Source of the DNA: Fidelibacterota bacterium
GTDB taxonomy: Bacteria; Fidelibacterota; Fidelibacteria; Fidelibacterales; DSDE01
DNA length: 64,000 bases
NCBI GenBank assembly: GCA_046735395.1
Contig: JBJKQR010000020.1
Coordinates: 1-64,000, forward strand
Direction of reading: 5' to 3'
In this document: one piece after another, positions 32,156 to 43,729 of the stretch
Layout of the letters: every line of letters starts with the position of its first letter
How positions within the stretch are numbered: the stretch's first letter is position 1
Notes under the pieces: generated by a model
Databases searched by the model: none
Told to the model about the DNA's origin: nothing
What the model saw: only the letters and a program-made list of their open reading frames with translations
Translations under genes and position numbers: made by a program

Positions 32156-33379
32156 ATGGGACAGATATACGAGAGTTTCGTCATGGCGGTCAAGGCGGTC
32201 TTCGCCAATAAGGTACGGGCCTTTCTCACCATGCTGGGCATCATTATCGGAATTCTTTCGGTCTCTCTCATGGGAACCGCCATTTCCGGTATTGACGGTG
32301 AATTCAACCGTTCGGTTGAGATGATGGGACAGGATGTGCTGTACGTGCAGAAATTCCCCTGGTTCATGGGAAATGATGACTGGTGGGATTTTCGCAATAG
32401 ACCGGATATGGAAGAAGACTATGTGGACCGGATTCTTGCCCGTTCCAAATATGCGGAATTCTGCGCGCCTGAACTGAACCGGAACGGGGATGTGACCCGG
32501 GACGGGAAGTCTGTGGAAGGAATCGGGTTCACCGGTACGACCTGGCAGTCCGCCTATATCTCCTCCTATCAGATGGAGGAAGGGCGCTATTTTACGGAAG
32601 CGGAGAACCGGAATGCGTCCCGGATTGCGGTGATCGGTTCAAATATTAAGAAAAACTTATTTGAGGACGAAGGCAGTGCCGTCGGACAGTATGTGAAGGT
32701 ACAGGGCGTGAAATTCAGGGTCATCGGTGTTCTGAAGGAACAGGGAAAATTTCTCGGCCTTTTCAGTATGGACAATGTTCTCATCATGCCGATCAAGACG
32801 ATGCGGACACTTTACGGGCGGCATCACGGCTATCTTAGCATCACCGTGAAGGTGAAAAGCGGGTCGGACATGGAACTTGCCAAGGATGAACTGACCAATA
32901 TCATGCGCTCTGTCCGCAGCCTGAAACCCAGGGATAAGGATAATTTTGCCATTAATCAGCAGGAAGCCTTCCGGCAGCAGTTCGGTAACATCAAGCTGGC
33001 CATCGGCGGTATCGGCCTGGGAATTACGGCATTGTCCCTGATTGTAGGCGGTATCGGTATTATGAATATCATGTTCGTTTCAGTGAAGGAGCGAACCAAG
33101 GAAATCGGCATTCGCAAGGCGCTGGGCGCCAAACGGCGTATCATTCTTTTTCAGTTTCTGAGTGAAGCGGTGGTGATTTCACTGATCGGGGGTGTCATCG
33201 GCATTCTCATCACCACATCGCTGGTGGGCCTGCTGCAGAAAGTATTTGTTGCGAATCTGTCGGTCCATCTCATCGTGATCAGTCTCAGTGTTTCGGTCAT
33301 TACCGGCGTCATCAGCGGGATTGTGCCCGCGAACCAGGCTGCGCGGCTGGATCCCATTGAGGCCATGCGCTATGAATAA
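32156..33379 (+). CDS. ABC permease (MacB/FtsX family)
   Basis: LTMLGIIIG, GGIGIMNIM..SVKERTKEIGIRKALGA, LDPIEAMRYE. Confidence 0.93.
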   Translation: MGQIYESFVMAVKAVFANKVRAFLTMLGIIIGILSVSLMGTAISGIDGEFNRSVEMMGQDVLYVQKFPWFMGNDDWWDFRNRPDMEEDYVDRILARSKYAEFCAPELNRNGDVTRDGKSVEGIGFTGTTWQSAYISSYQMEEGRYFTEAENRNASRIAVIGSNIKKNLFEDEGSAVGQYVKVQGVKFRVIGVLKEQGKFLGLFSMDNVLIMPIKTMRTLYGRHHGYLSITVKVKSGSDMELAKDELTNIMRSVRSLKPRDKDNFAINQQEAFRQQFGNIKLAIGGIGLGITALSLIVGGIGIMNIMFVSVKERTKEIGIRKALGAKRRIILFQFLSEAVVISLIGGVIGILITTSLVGLLQKVFVANLSVHLIVISLSVSVITGVISGIVPANQAARLDPIEAMRYE

Positions 33380-33439
33380 GCGCCGGGCTCATCATTATAA
33401 TGTTTCCAAGGTTCCCGTAATAACAGGGAGATTTTTCAG

Positions 33440-34675
33440 ATGAATTTACTGGATATTCTGATTTCGTCGCTGGACAGCATCCGTCAGAATAAGATCAGAT
33501 CCTTTCTGACTCTGCTCGGCGTGATCATCGGCGTGTTTTCCATTATCGGTGTCATGACGGCCATCAATGTGCTTCAGGCGTCCCTGGAAACAAATCTGAA
33601 TTCTCTCGGATCCAATAATTTTCAGGTTCAGAAAATGCCGGCCATCAATATCGGCGGATCAAACTGGCGCAAATACCGGAACAGGAAGAACCTGACCTAT
33701 GATGATTTTGAGAAGCTGGTGGAGCGGATTCGGATTCCCGATTTTGCCACGGCGGAAGACTGGTCTTATGGAAAAACGGTTACCTTCAATGATGTCAGCA
33801 CGAAGAATAATATTGTCATCGGCGGTATTACGCCGGGCTGGGACTACACGAATGATTATTCCCTGGAGTCCGGGCGGATGATCACGGAAATTGACCTGAA
33901 ATCCCAGGCGAATGTGTGTATTGTCGGCCAGGATATTCTGGATCTCATCATGCCCCAGGTGCCGGATCCGGTGGGATTTTCAATCCGCTTCAGCGGAGAA
34001 AAATTCAAGATTATCGGCGTCTGGGCACGCAAGGGATCCACCTTCGGCGAGTCGAAGGATAATCTGGTTATGATTCCACTCAGCAAGCACCTGAAAATGT
34101 ACAGCAACCCGCGGTGGACCTCTCTGAATTATTGTTTTACCGTACTGGATCAGAGCCGTTTTCAGGATGCGATGGACGAGGTTACGGCGGCTCTGCGGGT
34201 GATACGGAAGGTAAAACCCGGGGATCCGGATGATTTCGAGGTCTGGACATCCGCCTCTCTCATTGATTTTTTCAACAAGATTACGGCTGCCATCAAGATG
34301 GCGGCAATGCTTATCTCCTCCATCGCGCTGCTGGCTGCCGGGATCGGTATCATGAATATTATGCTGGTGTCCGTTTCCGAGCGGACCCGGGAAATCGGAG
34401 TGCGAAAAAGTCTCGGTGCACGAAAAGCGGACATTCTCAGGCAGTTTCTCCTGGAAGCCCTTATCCTGACCCAGATCGGCGGCCTGATCGGGATCATTCT
34501 GGGTGTGCTGGGCGGCAATGTGGTGGCGATGATCCTGAATCTGAGCGCCGTCATTCCCTGGGACTGGGCTCTGGTCGGGCTCATCATATCCTCCCTGGTG
34601 GGCGCTCTGTCCGGAACCTATCCTGCCTTCAAGGCCTCCAAGCTTGATCCCATCGAAGCTCTGCGGTACGAATGA
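33440..34675 (+). CDS. ABC permease (MacB/FtsX family), second paralogue
   Basis: LTLLGVIIG, GIGIMNIM..SERTREIGVRK, LDPIEALRYE. Confidence 0.93.
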   Translation: MNLLDILISSLDSIRQNKIRSFLTLLGVIIGVFSIIGVMTAINVLQASLETNLNSLGSNNFQVQKMPAINIGGSNWRKYRNRKNLTYDDFEKLVERIRIPDFATAEDWSYGKTVTFNDVSTKNNIVIGGITPGWDYTNDYSLESGRMITEIDLKSQANVCIVGQDILDLIMPQVPDPVGFSIRFSGEKFKIIGVWARKGSTFGESKDNLVMIPLSKHLKMYSNPRWTSLNYCFTVLDQSRFQDAMDEVTAALRVIRKVKPGDPDDFEVWTSASLIDFFNKITAAIKMAAMLISSIALLAAGIGIMNIMLVSVSERTREIGVRKSLGARKADILRQFLLEALILTQIGGLIGIILGVLGGNVVAMILNLSAVIPWDWALVGLIISSLVGALSGTYPAFKASKLDPIEALRYE

Positions 34676-34752
34676 TTATCGGCGTTTTCTGCCGGATTCC
34701 CTCATCAAATAACGCTTGAATTCACTGTGAAAGAATTGTAAGCTTTCGATGC

Positions 34753-35286
34753 ATGAAACCGTTTATTAAACACCTTCTGATGTTGCTGCTGTCCGCCGGA
34801 TTTCTGGCTGCGGACATCGGTACGGGTACTGCAGTTCCGCAGCTCATATTCCAGACCTCAGGCGGTAAACTCGTTTTTATCAATGACTACGTTGGGGAAC
34901 CGCGCATCCTGAATTCGGATGCGGAACGGGTGCCGGTGACGCTTGTTTTCTTCCGCAGTGAAGAGTCCCGGGTCGCCGACTGGCTCGGAGCGCTGGCTGC
35001 AGATGCCCGCAAAAGCAAGCTGAAGATGCTTTTTATTGCGGTGGACGAGGATGGCTCCGCCCTGCTTCAGCACATGAAGGAAAAACAGCTTCGGGGAACA
35101 TTTCTCATTGACCGCTACGGACGGTCGGCAGAAAGTCTCAGCCTGACGCCGCTCAGCCGCTTCGGGAATGCCCCCACTGCGCTCTGCGTCCGTCGCAATG
35201 GTGAAGTGGTCCGCGTTTTTTCAAATTTTGGCGTCGCAGACGTGAAGGACATTATCAGCACGGCCGCATCACTGCTGAATGAATAA
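34753..35286 (+). CDS. Exported thioredoxin-fold (TlpA/AhpC-like) protein lacking CxxC
   Basis: Signal peptide, G..VP.L, TLVFF followed by RSEE, IAVDE, LID.YG, PT.L....G.V pattern. Confidence 0.5.
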   Translation: MKPFIKHLLMLLLSAGFLAADIGTGTAVPQLIFQTSGGKLVFINDYVGEPRILNSDAERVPVTLVFFRSEESRVADWLGALAADARKSKLKMLFIAVDEDGSALLQHMKEKQLRGTFLIDRYGRSAESLSLTPLSRFGNAPTALCVRRNGEVVRVFSNFGVADVKDIISTAASLLNE

Positions 35287-35346
35287 ATTCTATTCGTTAA
35301 CCTGATTTGGAAATATTTGAAGCGCCTGTATGCGCTGCTTCGGATA

Positions 35347-36054
35347 TCAGTGAAGAAATTTTCCCGTAGCGAGGAAGTGGAGTATCTGAAGATACGTGTC
35401 CTGAAACATGAGCAGGGATGTATGCATATGCTGAAGAATAATGTGATCGAGAGCTCCGTCAAGATAGGTTTCGCTGACACGGACCTCGCCGTCATTGTCG
35501 CCGTCCAGGAGCGGATTGTAGCCCTTGCCGTCCTGTAGTCCACCAGCGATGATGCCGAATTCACAGTCCGGCGGCGGCATATTCCGGAAATGATCAGCCA
35601 GTGAGTATCTCAGTTCCTGCCCCGGTGTGCGCGTAATCCATTCGTAGAGTCGGATATTGCTCCAGATATCTGCCACCTGAGCGCCACGGTTCGGAGGCGC
35701 CAGCATGACCCAGCGCTTGATTTTCAGATCCGGATGACCTGCAAACGCTTCCCTGCAGACCAGATTGCCCATGCTGTGAGAGATGAGGTAGAATTCACGG
35801 TCTCCCAGTGTACTGTCCACCCACGCCGCAAAATCCTGTCCGTGTTCCTCAATGGTTTTTTTTACAGAAGGATAGCCGTAATTGTAACAGGTATAGCCGT
35901 CCCTTTCAAATCTCAGTTCCATTTTCCAGAAGACAGAGCGCTTGGCCAGAATGCCGTGCACCAGCACAACCGGGACCGTCTTGTCCGGCATGTCCTGAGC
36001 CGTAACCAGACTGCCGAAAAGCAGGACCAGTAAAACTTTTAACAGCTTATTCAT
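35347..36054 (-). CDS. Secreted alpha/beta hydrolase (lipase/esterase)
   Basis: LVHG, SHSMG, LAPPNRG, NDGEV, His near C-terminus. Confidence 0.85.
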   Translation of the reverse strand: MNKLLKVLLVLLFGSLVTAQDMPDKTVPVVLVHGILAKRSVFWKMELRFERDGYTCYNYGYPSVKKTIEEHGQDFAAWVDSTLGDREFYLISHSMGNLVCREAFAGHPDLKIKRWVMLAPPNRGAQVADIWSNIRLYEWITRTPGQELRYSLADHFRNMPPPDCEFGIIAGGLQDGKGYNPLLDGDNDGEVRVSETYLDGALDHIILQHMHTSLLMFQDTYLQILHFLATGKFLH

Positions 36055-37180
36055 TTTTCACCCATTTCCAGGATATAAATTGAGCGGCTGCTCCGAACCA
36101 TACCACATACAGGATATGGAGAAGCGAGGCCGGGAAGATTTGCCGCCAGCGGAGTTTTTCTCCGAAACGGGTGGAACAGCTGTGAAGAAATCTGTATTCA
36201 GACCAGGCTTTCATGCTGAAAAACAGCAGAACGACTTTCCAGAATCGGGGTTCGCGCCAGACGAGGAGGGACATGGCCAGCAGTGAAACATTGAAAAAAT
36301 AGTAGATCATCAGGGAAAGCGTCATCTTCAGGGGATACTTGAAACCCTTCGAAGCGAAGCGCAGGCGCTGATGATAAAATTTTCGCCAGGAGTTGGGAGA
36401 TTCATTGGGAATGTGGGTTCCCGGCAGATACGCATAGGCGATTTTCCATTTGCTGTCATCGCGGACCCGGCTGAGAAAAAGGTCGTCGTCGCCCGATACG
36501 GCAGGACGGAATTTTCCGAATCCATCCAGCTCATCATAAACCTTGCGGCGGTAGGCGAGATTTGTGCCGACACAGGTGGCCGGGTAGCCGAGCCCTGTAC
36601 TGGACGCCGCAATGGCGGCCTGGGAGAAGTATTCGAGCTTCAATAAATGGCGAACGGGTGTGTTGTAGCTGCCGTCACTGCGATAGGGCGCATAGCCCAG
36701 GACCATTCCCGTTTCCGGAGTAAAAAAGGACATCATGTTGGTTATCCAGTCCGGACCGGGACGCCCGTCCGCATCGGTGAGCAGGATGATCTGTCCGCGG
36801 CTTTTTGTAATACCGGTATGGAGGGCATACTTCTTGGGCCCCCATCCGTCAGGAGTGGACGTTATATTCAGAAGCTGCCAGTTCGCGTGTTCGGATACGG
36901 CGCTCTCCAGAAGCCTGCGCGTGTCATCCTCTGATCTGTCATTCACGAAAATGACTTCGTATTTATTTTCCGGATAATCGAGCCGGGATAGGGACTGAAT
37001 CAGATCGGGGATATTTCCTTCCTCATTGTGGAGGGAAATGAGGATGGAGACAGAGTCCGGCTGCTTCTTTGCGACGGGATCCGGCAGCCGCCCCAGGCCT
37101 CCTTTCAGCTTGGAAAGGAGAATCATGTAGATAATTAACAGGATCAGATTAACGGTAAGCAGTAATTCCATTTGCATCAT
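36047..37180 (-). CDS. GT2 family glycosyltransferase
   Basis: HNEE, DRSED, TDAD, SGDDD, QRLRF. Confidence 0.88.
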   Translation of the reverse strand: MMQMELLLTVNLILLIIYMILLSKLKGGLGRLPDPVAKKQPDSVSILISLHNEEGNIPDLIQSLSRLDYPENKYEVIFVNDRSEDDTRRLLESAVSEHANWQLLNITSTPDGWGPKKYALHTGITKSRGQIILLTDADGRPGPDWITNMMSFFTPETGMVLGYAPYRSDGSYNTPVRHLLKLEYFSQAAIAASSTGLGYPATCVGTNLAYRRKVYDELDGFGKFRPAVSGDDDLFLSRVRDDSKWKIAYAYLPGTHIPNESPNSWRKFYHQRLRFASKGFKYPLKMTLSLMIYYFFNVSLLAMSLLVWREPRFWKVVLLFFSMKAWSEYRFLHSCSTRFGEKLRWRQIFPASLLHILYVVWFGAAAQFISWKWVKNE

Positions 37181-39351
37181 ATTTTCTGTTTCAGGATGAG
37201 AGCCCCCAGCGGAGGCACATTCACCGAAAGGCTGAAGGACCGGTACTGCCAGGGTACGTTCTGGGTTTCATATTTTGTATCGACGGGAAATCCGCTGCCG
37301 CCGAAGCGCAGATCATCACTATTGAAAATGCAGTCCCAGCGGCCGGAATCCGGAATGCCCACCCTGTATCCGCGGTAGGACTGAGGTGTGAAATTCAGCA
37401 GGATGAACAGGATGTCTTCGGGATTTTCCCCTCTGCGGATGAATGAGATGATACTCTGCCGTGTATTGTCCACATCAATCCATTCGAAGCCGTCCGGGCG
37501 ATGGTCTCTCTGCCAGAGGGCTTTTTCCTGAAGGTAGATGGAATTCAGATCACGGACATAATCCCGGGAATGCCTGTGGAAATCCCATTGAAGCAGATCC
37601 CATTCCATGCCGCGTTCCGGGCTCCATTCCCGCCACGGAGAAAATTCGTAACCCATGAAATTCAGCTTTTTCCCGGGATGGGTCATCATGTAGGCCAGGA
37701 GCAGACGGTAATTGGCCTGCTTCTGCCAGTCATCTCCCGGCATCTTTGAAATCAGGGAGCGTTTTCCGTGAACCACTTCATCGTGGCTGAGCACGAGAAT
37801 GAAATGTTCGGACCAGGCATAGACCATGCTGAAGGTAAGGTCATTATGGTGATGGGCGCGATAAATGGGATCCTTTGCAAAATAGCGGAGCACATCGTTC
37901 ATCCAGCCCATATTCCATTTGTAGTCAAAGCCCAGGCCGTTATCCCGCACAGGAAAACTCACATTTCCGAAGGAGGTGCTTTCTTCCGCGATGATGAGCG
38001 CATCCGGAAAATAGTCCTTGAGGACACTGTTCATATGTTTGATAAATTCGATGGCATCCAGATTTTCCCTGCCGCCATATCGATTGGGAATCCATTCTCC
38101 CTCCCTGCGGCTGTAATCCAGATAGAGCATGGAGGCGACGGCATCAATACGAAGTCCGTCAGCGTGGAATTCCCGGATCCAGTAAACGGCATTGGCAATG
38201 AGAAAATTTTTGACCTCATTCCGTCCGTAATTGAAAATATAGGTTCCCCAGTCCGGATGCTCACCTTTGCGGGGGTCGCTGTGTTCATAGAGCGCGGTTC
38301 CGTCAAAACGTCCCAGAGCGAATTCATCCTTCGGGAAATGGGCCGGAACCCAGTCGAGAATGATTTTTAATCCGTTCAGATGACATTGGTCAATAAGGTA
38401 TTTGAAATCATCCGGAGTTCCGAACCGGGAGGTGGGGGCGTAATATCCGGTAACCTGATAGCCCCAGCTGCCGTCGAAGGGGTGTTCCATGACGGGCATG
38501 AATTCGATATGGGTGAAGTGCATGGATTTGGCATAGCTGATCAGTTTCGGAGTCAGTTCCCGATACGACAGCCAGCCGCCATCCGGATTTTTCATCCAGG
38601 AGCCGATGTGCAATTCGTAAATGTTTACAGGATGGCTGTAACTGTCCGTCCTGTTGCTGCCGGTGATTTTTTCGTCTTCCCACTTATAGCGGCTGTCCCA
38701 GGTGATGGACGCCGTGGCCGGCCGAAGTTCGCTGAAGCGGGCATAGGGGTCGGATTTAACAAGGATCTCACCGATCTGAGTCTTGATTTCAAATTTATAT
38801 TTTTCACCGCTTTTCAGTCCGGGTATGAACAATTCCCAGACACCGGAATTACCGAGAGTGCGCATGGGATGACAAAGTCCGTTCCAGGCGTTGAAGTCTC
38901 CGACAACACTTACACGCCGGGCGGCAGGAGCCCACACCGCGAACAGAAATCCCTCCGTGCCGCGAAGTGAGAGGCGGTTTGCTCCCAGTTTTTCATAGAT
39001 AAAACGATGATCGCCGGCATTGAAGAGATAGAGATCGTCATCGGAAATTCCCGGCAGAAACTGATAGGGATCAATATCGGTTTGGTTGAGTCCGTCGGAA
39101 TCGGTGGCAGATACGGCATAAACGGATGGATGCTCCCCGTCAAGGGTGGCGGCCCATGCTCCCGGATGGGCCGGGAGGGGCTGACACGGGACGCTGAAAC
39201 TGTCATCGAGAGCCCGAATGGTTACTTCCGAGGCATCGGGGCGAAATACGGTAATCCGTTTTGCCTTTCCCTCTGGGTGAATTCCCAGCTTTTCATGGGG
39301 CTGGTGATAGTCGCCGGAGAGGATGAGGTCCAATATTCGGCCTTTAACCAC
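37177..39351 (-). CDS. glgB: 1,4-alpha-glucan branching enzyme
   Basis: SWGYQ, DWVPAHFP, RIDAVASM, AEEST, SHDEVVHGK. Confidence 0.96.
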   Translation of the reverse strand: MVKGRILDLILSGDYHQPHEKLGIHPEGKAKRITVFRPDASEVTIRALDDSFSVPCQPLPAHPGAWAATLDGEHPSVYAVSATDSDGLNQTDIDPYQFLPGISDDDLYLFNAGDHRFIYEKLGANRLSLRGTEGFLFAVWAPAARRVSVVGDFNAWNGLCHPMRTLGNSGVWELFIPGLKSGEKYKFEIKTQIGEILVKSDPYARFSELRPATASITWDSRYKWEDEKITGSNRTDSYSHPVNIYELHIGSWMKNPDGGWLSYRELTPKLISYAKSMHFTHIEFMPVMEHPFDGSWGYQVTGYYAPTSRFGTPDDFKYLIDQCHLNGLKIILDWVPAHFPKDEFALGRFDGTALYEHSDPRKGEHPDWGTYIFNYGRNEVKNFLIANAVYWIREFHADGLRIDAVASMLYLDYSRREGEWIPNRYGGRENLDAIEFIKHMNSVLKDYFPDALIIAEESTSFGNVSFPVRDNGLGFDYKWNMGWMNDVLRYFAKDPIYRAHHHNDLTFSMVYAWSEHFILVLSHDEVVHGKRSLISKMPGDDWQKQANYRLLLAYMMTHPGKKLNFMGYEFSPWREWSPERGMEWDLLQWDFHRHSRDYVRDLNSIYLQEKALWQRDHRPDGFEWIDVDNTRQSIISFIRRGENPEDILFILLNFTPQSYRGYRVGIPDSGRWDCIFNSDDLRFGGSGFPVDTKYETQNVPWQYRSFSLSVNVPPLGALILKQKI

Positions 39352-39593
39352 GAATTCTCCTGAAATGATGCGTCAACATGGGATAAAACTATTAAAAAAA
39401 CGGAGAGAATCAAAGTCAAATTGGGGGCATTGCCCGAGTGTTTCCGCCTGACCGGCCCTGGAAATTAAGTCCATTCACCGGATGGTGATACGGAGATGCA
39501 TTTCAGTTCTCTGCACTTTGGCTGTCGTGTTGATTTTGGCGCTGATTATCAGTAGTTTCAGTAAGATCAAACAAGGAAACAAGGAGCGGAATC

Positions 39594-39788
39594 ATGGTAG
39601 ATATCGGCAAAGTGGCGGGAAAGGTCTGGGAGGAACTGAACCGGAATGACAAAATGACGATCAACTCGCTGATCAAGGCAACCGGCGAGAAGCGGGATGT
39701 CATTCTCATGGCTATCGGCTGGCTCTCCCGCGAAGATAAACTGAATGCAATTGTAAAAGGCGCCTACACCCTGTATTCCCTGAAATGA
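39594..39788 (+). CDS. Small winged-helix protein (DUF2582-like)
   Basis: IGKVAGKVW...MAIGWLSREDK, AAGGAG RBS. Confidence 0.8.
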   Translation: MVDIGKVAGKVWEELNRNDKMTINSLIKATGEKRDVILMAIGWLSREDKLNAIVKGAYTLYSLK

Positions 39789-39812
39789 TACAAATTTCAT
39801 CAAGCGAATTTC

Positions 39813-39844
39813 GGACGGGAGTCATGAACCCCGTCCTTTTTTTT
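39813..39844 (+). terminator. Intrinsic terminator
   Basis: GGACGGG...CCCGTCC then T8. Confidence 0.8.
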
Positions 39845-40025
39845 GCCTTCACGTTTAATCCGGAACAATTTGCGGTTCGGAGATATTAAAGAAACATGCT
39901 GAAAGAAATGGTGGTTTACTGTTCATGTGCAGGACCGGAGGCTCTGGGACGCGGATGGGTGCAATTATTGATTTTAGGCATGAAATAGGGTATATTAGCC
40001 GGAATTTTTAAAACAGAGGAAGAAC

Positions 40026-42737
40026 ATGAAATACGTTTACAAATTTGGAGGCAGCAAGACAGACGGAGAGGCTGCCATGAAGAATCTGCTTGGGGGAAAG
40101 GGCGCGAATCTGGCCGAAATGGCTCGCCTGGGAGTACCGGTTCCTCCGGGATTTACGATCACGACAGAAATGTGCGATGTTTATTATAAGAATAATCGTC
40201 AGTATCCGGCAGAGCTGGACACTCAGGTAAAAGAGGGTGTGGCTCATATTGAAGAAGCGGTTGGAACCCGTTTCGGGGATGCGTCGAATCCGCTTCTGGT
40301 TTCGGTGCGTTCCGGTGCCCGTGCTTCCATGCCGGGAATGATGGACACGGTTCTGAATCTTGGCCTGAATGAAGCCGTTGTGGCAGGAATTGCGGCAAAG
40401 AGCGGAAATGAACGCTTTGCCTGGGATTCCTATCGTCGCTTCATTCAGATGTATGGCGATGTCGTCATGGGGATGAAACCGGAGAACAAGAATGAGGAAG
40501 ATCCCTTCGAGCACGTCATGGACGAGTACAAGAAGGAACTGGGTGTTGAACTGGATACGGAGCTGAGTGCCGCAAATCTGCAGGAGCTTGTAAATCGCTA
40601 CAAGGCGATGGTCAAAACGCGGATGAACAAGGATTTCCCGACGGATCCCTGGGAGCAGCTCTGGGGTGCCATCAATGCCGTATTCGGCAGCTGGATGAAT
40701 GAACGGGCTATCCGCTATCGCAAGATGAACGGAATTCCGGATGAATGGGGTACTGCCGTCAATGTACAGGCCATGGTTTTCGGGAATATGGGCGATGACT
40801 GTGCCACCGGTGTGGCGTTCACCCGTGACCCTGCCACCGGAGAGAAGATCTTCTTCGGTGAATATCTGATCAATGCTCAGGGTGAAGATGTGGTTGCCGG
40901 TATCCGGACGCCGCAGCCTGTTACGCTCGCCGGCTCAAAAAAGCTTGCTGCCAATGAGGGCCTGGATGAAACGGGCCGCAGCGCCCGTTATGCCGCGCTC
41001 GAGGAAACCATGCCCGGAGCCTTCAAGGATCTGGAAGCGATTTATATGAAGCTGGAAAGTCATTATCGTGACATGCAGGATATTGAATTCACCATTCAGA
41101 ATAAAAAACTGTGGATGCTGCAGACCCGTAACGGGAAACGAACTGCGGCTGCCGCCGTCAAAATCGCCGTTGACCTGGTGAATGAAGGCGTGATCAGCAA
41201 GGAAGAGGCCATCCTGAGAGTGGAACCGGAATCTCTGGATCAGCTGCTTCATCCCATGTTCGATCCCAAGGCCGAAAAAGCACTGATTGCCAAGGGACTT
41301 CCGGCCTCACCGGGAGCTGCCACCGGGAAAGTCGTCTTCAATGCCGAGGATGCGGAAGCCTGGGCTGAAAAAGGCGAAAAGGTTATACTCGTTCGTATCG
41401 AAACCTCTCCTGAGGATATCGGTGGTATGGTGGCTGCTCAGGGAATTCTCACGGCCCGTGGCGGTATGACGTCCCACGCAGCCGTCGTGGCCCGCGGAAT
41501 GGGCAAGTCCTGCGTATCCGGTGTGGGCGCCATTAATATTTCATATGCTAAACATATTTTCAGTGTCGGTGGACTGACCGTCAGCGAAGGAGATTTCATT
41601 TCCATCGATGGAAGCACCGGAGAAGTTTTTAAAGGTCAGATTCCCACGGTGGAAGCTGAACTGTCCGGTGATTTCGCGACTCTGATGGGATGGGCTGACG
41701 ATGTTCGCCGCCTGCGTGTCCGCACCAATGCAGATACGCCTCACGATTCTGAAGTTGCCCGGAATTTCGGTGCAGAAGGCATCGGCCTCTGCCGTACCGA
41801 ACATATGTTCTTTGAAGGTGACCGCATCAAGGCGGTCCGTGAAATGATTCTGGCCAATGATGAAGCCGGACGCCGCAAGGCTCTGGAAAAACTCCTGCCC
41901 ATTCAGCGCGGAGATTTTTATGGCATATTGAAGGCCATGCATGATTTGCCGGTGACCATCCGGACCCTGGATCCGCCGCTTCATGAATTCCTGCCTCAGG
42001 AAGATGCCAATCAGAAGGAAATGGCCGATGACATGGGGATTACGGTAGAGGACGTGAAGGCTAAGGTTGAATCCCTGCACGAACTGAATCCCATGCTGGG
42101 ACACCGCGGCTGCCGTCTGGGAATCGTGTATCCAGAGATTACCGAGATGCAGGCCCGCGCCATTATTGAAGCAGCCTGTGATCTGAAAAAGGAAGGTGTG
42201 AACGTCTTCCCGGAAATCATGATTCCGCTGGTGGGAACCAAGGCCGAACTTGCTGACCAGAAGGCGGTTGTTGTGAAGACGGCCGAAGCTGTCATGGCTG
42301 AAAAAGGCATGAAGGTTGATTACATGGTGGGAACGATGATTGAAATACCCCGTGCGGCCCTCACTGCTGATCAGATCGCCGAAGAAGCTGAATTCTTCTC
42401 CTTCGGAACCAATGACCTGACTCAGATGACCTTCGGGTACAGTCGTGACGATGCCGGGAAATTCCTCCCTGAATATATCAACCGCAAGGTGCTGCCCAGT
42501 GATCCGTTCCAGAAACTGGATCAGACCGGTGTCGGCCAGCTGGTGCAGATAGGTGTGGAAAAAGGCCGCAGTACCAAGCCGAATCTCAAGGTGGGAATCT
42601 GTGGGGAGCACGGCGGAGAACCCTCTTCGGTGGAATTCTGCCACCGGGTTGGCATGAACTATGTTTCCTGCTCGCCTTTCCGGGTTCCGATTGCCCGTCT
42701 TGCTGCTGCACAAGCTGTGGTGAAAGAAAAGAAATAA
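40026..42737 (+). CDS. ppdK: Pyruvate, phosphate dikinase
   Basis: [46 protein letters not shown]. Confidence 0.98.
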   Translation: MKYVYKFGGSKTDGEAAMKNLLGGKGANLAEMARLGVPVPPGFTITTEMCDVYYKNNRQYPAELDTQVKEGVAHIEEAVGTRFGDASNPLLVSVRSGARASMPGMMDTVLNLGLNEAVVAGIAAKSGNERFAWDSYRRFIQMYGDVVMGMKPENKNEEDPFEHVMDEYKKELGVELDTELSAANLQELVNRYKAMVKTRMNKDFPTDPWEQLWGAINAVFGSWMNERAIRYRKMNGIPDEWGTAVNVQAMVFGNMGDDCATGVAFTRDPATGEKIFFGEYLINAQGEDVVAGIRTPQPVTLAGSKKLAANEGLDETGRSARYAALEETMPGAFKDLEAIYMKLESHYRDMQDIEFTIQNKKLWMLQTRNGKRTAAAAVKIAVDLVNEGVISKEEAILRVEPESLDQLLHPMFDPKAEKALIAKGLPASPGAATGKVVFNAEDAEAWAEKGEKVILVRIETSPEDIGGMVAAQGILTARGGMTSHAAVVARGMGKSCVSGVGAINISYAKHIFSVGGLTVSEGDFISIDGSTGEVFKGQIPTVEAELSGDFATLMGWADDVRRLRVRTNADTPHDSEVARNFGAEGIGLCRTEHMFFEGDRIKAVREMILANDEAGRRKALEKLLPIQRGDFYGILKAMHDLPVTIRTLDPPLHEFLPQEDANQKEMADDMGITVEDVKAKVESLHELNPMLGHRGCRLGIVYPEITEMQARAIIEAACDLKKEGVNVFPEIMIPLVGTKAELADQKAVVVKTAEAVMAEKGMKVDYMVGTMIEIPRAALTADQIAEEAEFFSFGTNDLTQMTFGYSRDDAGKFLPEYINRKVLPSDPFQKLDQTGVGQLVQIGVEKGRSTKPNLKVGICGEHGGEPSSVEFCHRVGMNYVSCSPFRVPIARLAAAQAVVKEKK

Positions 42738-42755
42738 ATAGATTATATCCTGTTT

Positions 42756-42797
42756 ATAACAATAAAGGGCTGCTTTCGGGCGGCCCTTTGTCGTTAT
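42756..42797. terminator. Hairpin terminator between convergent ppdK and RNA methyltransferase genes
   Basis: ATAACAATAAAGGGCTGC-tttcgg-GCGGCCCTTTGTCGTTAT. Confidence 0.75.
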
Positions 42798-42897
42798 GCC
42801 CTGTTTTTCCGAATTTGATTCGTTTTTCGGGAGCACGATAAAAATATATTGTGGCGTGCTCCGTTTAATGCTCCAGGAATATTATAAAAGGAATATC

Positions 42898-43659
42898 TTA
42901 ATACAGCAGTTTGCCGAGAATGGCCGCGCAGGCCATGGCAGCATTCAGAGACTCGGCTCCGCCCAGAGGTGGCATGGTAATGTCGGTTGATGCTCCCGGT
43001 TGGAATTCCGGGTCGACACCGTGACTTTCATTCCCGATGACAAGGATAAAATGAGAATCACGGGAAAGATGAATATCAGAAATTGAGATGCCATCATGCA
43101 CCTTTGTGATGAGGCAGTGATGCGAGGGAAACAGCTGCATCAGATCTGCAGGAGAATTCAGTTCGATCCAGGGCAGGTGAAACAGCGATCCTTTGGCTGA
43201 GCGTACCGTTTTGGGATTGCTGATATCCACACAATCGGGGCTCAGGACGATTCCACCGAGCCCGAACCAGTCGGCGATCCGAAAAAGCGTGCCCAGATTG
43301 CCGGGATCCTGAATCCGGTCAAGATACAGAAGGTTGCCGTTCAGGGCCGAAGATGAAAATTCCGGAATGGCTGCAACAGCGATGACTCCCTGTGGTGTCG
43401 TCTCGGTTGAAATTTTCTTAAGGGTTTTAGCGTCAATTTCATGGAGCGGAACAGTACTGTTTAAAATTTCGTCGAATCCGGGTTTGGCCTGAATATAGGG
43501 TGTAAAATATATATCGCTGATAACCCAGGCACTTCGGATGGCCTCAAGAACCGGAATAAACCCCTCGATGATCAGTTTCCCTTCCCTGTTTCTGTATTTT
43601 TTCTGCTGTAGAGCAGTCAGGGATTTGAGTGCAGTAGCAGAAAGTATTTCGGGGCACAT
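42898..43659 (-). CDS. TrmH/SpoU family RNA methyltransferase
   Basis: IQDPGNLGT, GNESHGV, ESLNAA. Confidence 0.9.
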   Translation of the reverse strand: MCPEILSATALKSLTALQQKKYRNREGKLIIEGFIPVLEAIRSAWVISDIYFTPYIQAKPGFDEILNSTVPLHEIDAKTLKKISTETTPQGVIAVAAIPEFSSSALNGNLLYLDRIQDPGNLGTLFRIADWFGLGGIVLSPDCVDISNPKTVRSAKGSLFHLPWIELNSPADLMQLFPSHHCLITKVHDGISISDIHLSRDSHFILVIGNESHGVDPEFQPGASTDITMPPLGGAESLNAAMACAAILGKLLY

Positions 43660-43680
43660 GGCCGAATTTAGCGAATCAAA

Positions 43681-43709
43681 TTGAAACAAATAATGAAAAA
43701 CCGTAAATT
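43681..43709 (+). promoter_or_regulatory. Putative ssrA promoter
   Basis: TTGAAA-17 nt-TAAATT, 20 nt before the tmRNA 5' end. Confidence 0.6.
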
Positions 43710-43729
43710 AGGGCGCTATTTGGCAAATT

